NCBI RefSeq assembly: GCF_003334385.1
Contig: NZ_QOWN01000012.1
Origin: Escherichia coli
GTDB lineage: Bacteria > Pseudomonadota > Gammaproteobacteria > Enterobacterales > Enterobacteriaceae
Strand: one strand, 5' to 3'
Length of the DNA stretch: 64,000 nt
Each line of letters starts with the position of its first letter. Positions within the stretch are counted from its first letter, which is position 1. Of this stretch, positions 63,985 through 64,000 are shown piece by piece. A program made the position numbers and the translations under genes. The notes beneath the pieces were generated by a model, which did not search any database, was not told the origin of the DNA, and saw nothing but the letters and a program-made list of their open reading frames with translations.

Positions 63985-64000
63985 GACGATGCCTCGCGTT

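Larger units (their letters stand above)
61781..64000 (+). mobile_element. left end of a tRNA-glyU-associated integrative island (partial; continues past the window)
   Basis: K-12-like synteny stops at the tRNA 3' end. The integrase gene starts 134 bp downstream. Hand-counted GC is 42-47% in two 60-nt samples. Arg codons AGG/AGA and Leu codons CTT/TTA are frequent. Confidence 0.75.

Overview
This window is an Escherichia coli chromosomal segment. By recognition of the encoded proteins it is collinear with, and inverted relative to, the K-12 map interval scpA/argP -> glyU. No database search was possible.

Bases 1-27.9 kb are housekeeping core: argP, rpiA, serA, the sibC/ibsC type I toxin-antitoxin, ssrS (6S RNA)-ygfA, zapA, ygfB-pepP-ubiH-ubiI, gcvTHP, ygfF, bglA, yqfB, yqfA, ygfZ, sdhE-cptA, fldB, xerD, dsbC, recJ, prfB (programmed +1 frameshift)-lysS and idi.

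Bases 28.1-60.4 kb are one contiguous block of about 25 genes for purine uptake and breakdown:
- uacT, ygfT-ygfS, ghxQ, guaD and xanQ.
- The xdhD-ygfM-ssnA-ygfK operon.
- mocA, yqeC and yqeB.
- The yqeA-hyuA-ygeY-ygeX-ygeW operon.
- The sigma54 activator gene ygeV, and xdhCBA.

I read this block as an oxygen-independent, probably selenium-dependent, ATP-yielding purine/urate degradation system. Its step-by-step chemistry and regulation are only partly established. In its promoter regions I found by eye candidate -24/-12 (sigma54) elements upstream of xdhA, ygfK and uacT, plus a weak one for ygeW. Each has part or all of a shared motif (core CTCATATTGATA) about 90-205 bp upstream.

After ygeR and tRNA-Gly(CCC) glyU (61707-61780) the K-12-like synteny ends. 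A lower-GC integrative island begins there, with a 535-aa tyrosine integrase and a translationally coupled zinc-ribbon/DUF4145-like ORF. That ORF appears truncated or disrupted about 75 nt before the window edge. Only about 2.2 kb of the island is visible, so any cargo, such as a defence system, lies beyond the window.

I saw no CRISPR array, rRNA or complete IS element. Start codons of about 15 ORF-track entries were moved to internal Met codons that match the protein lengths I recognise.
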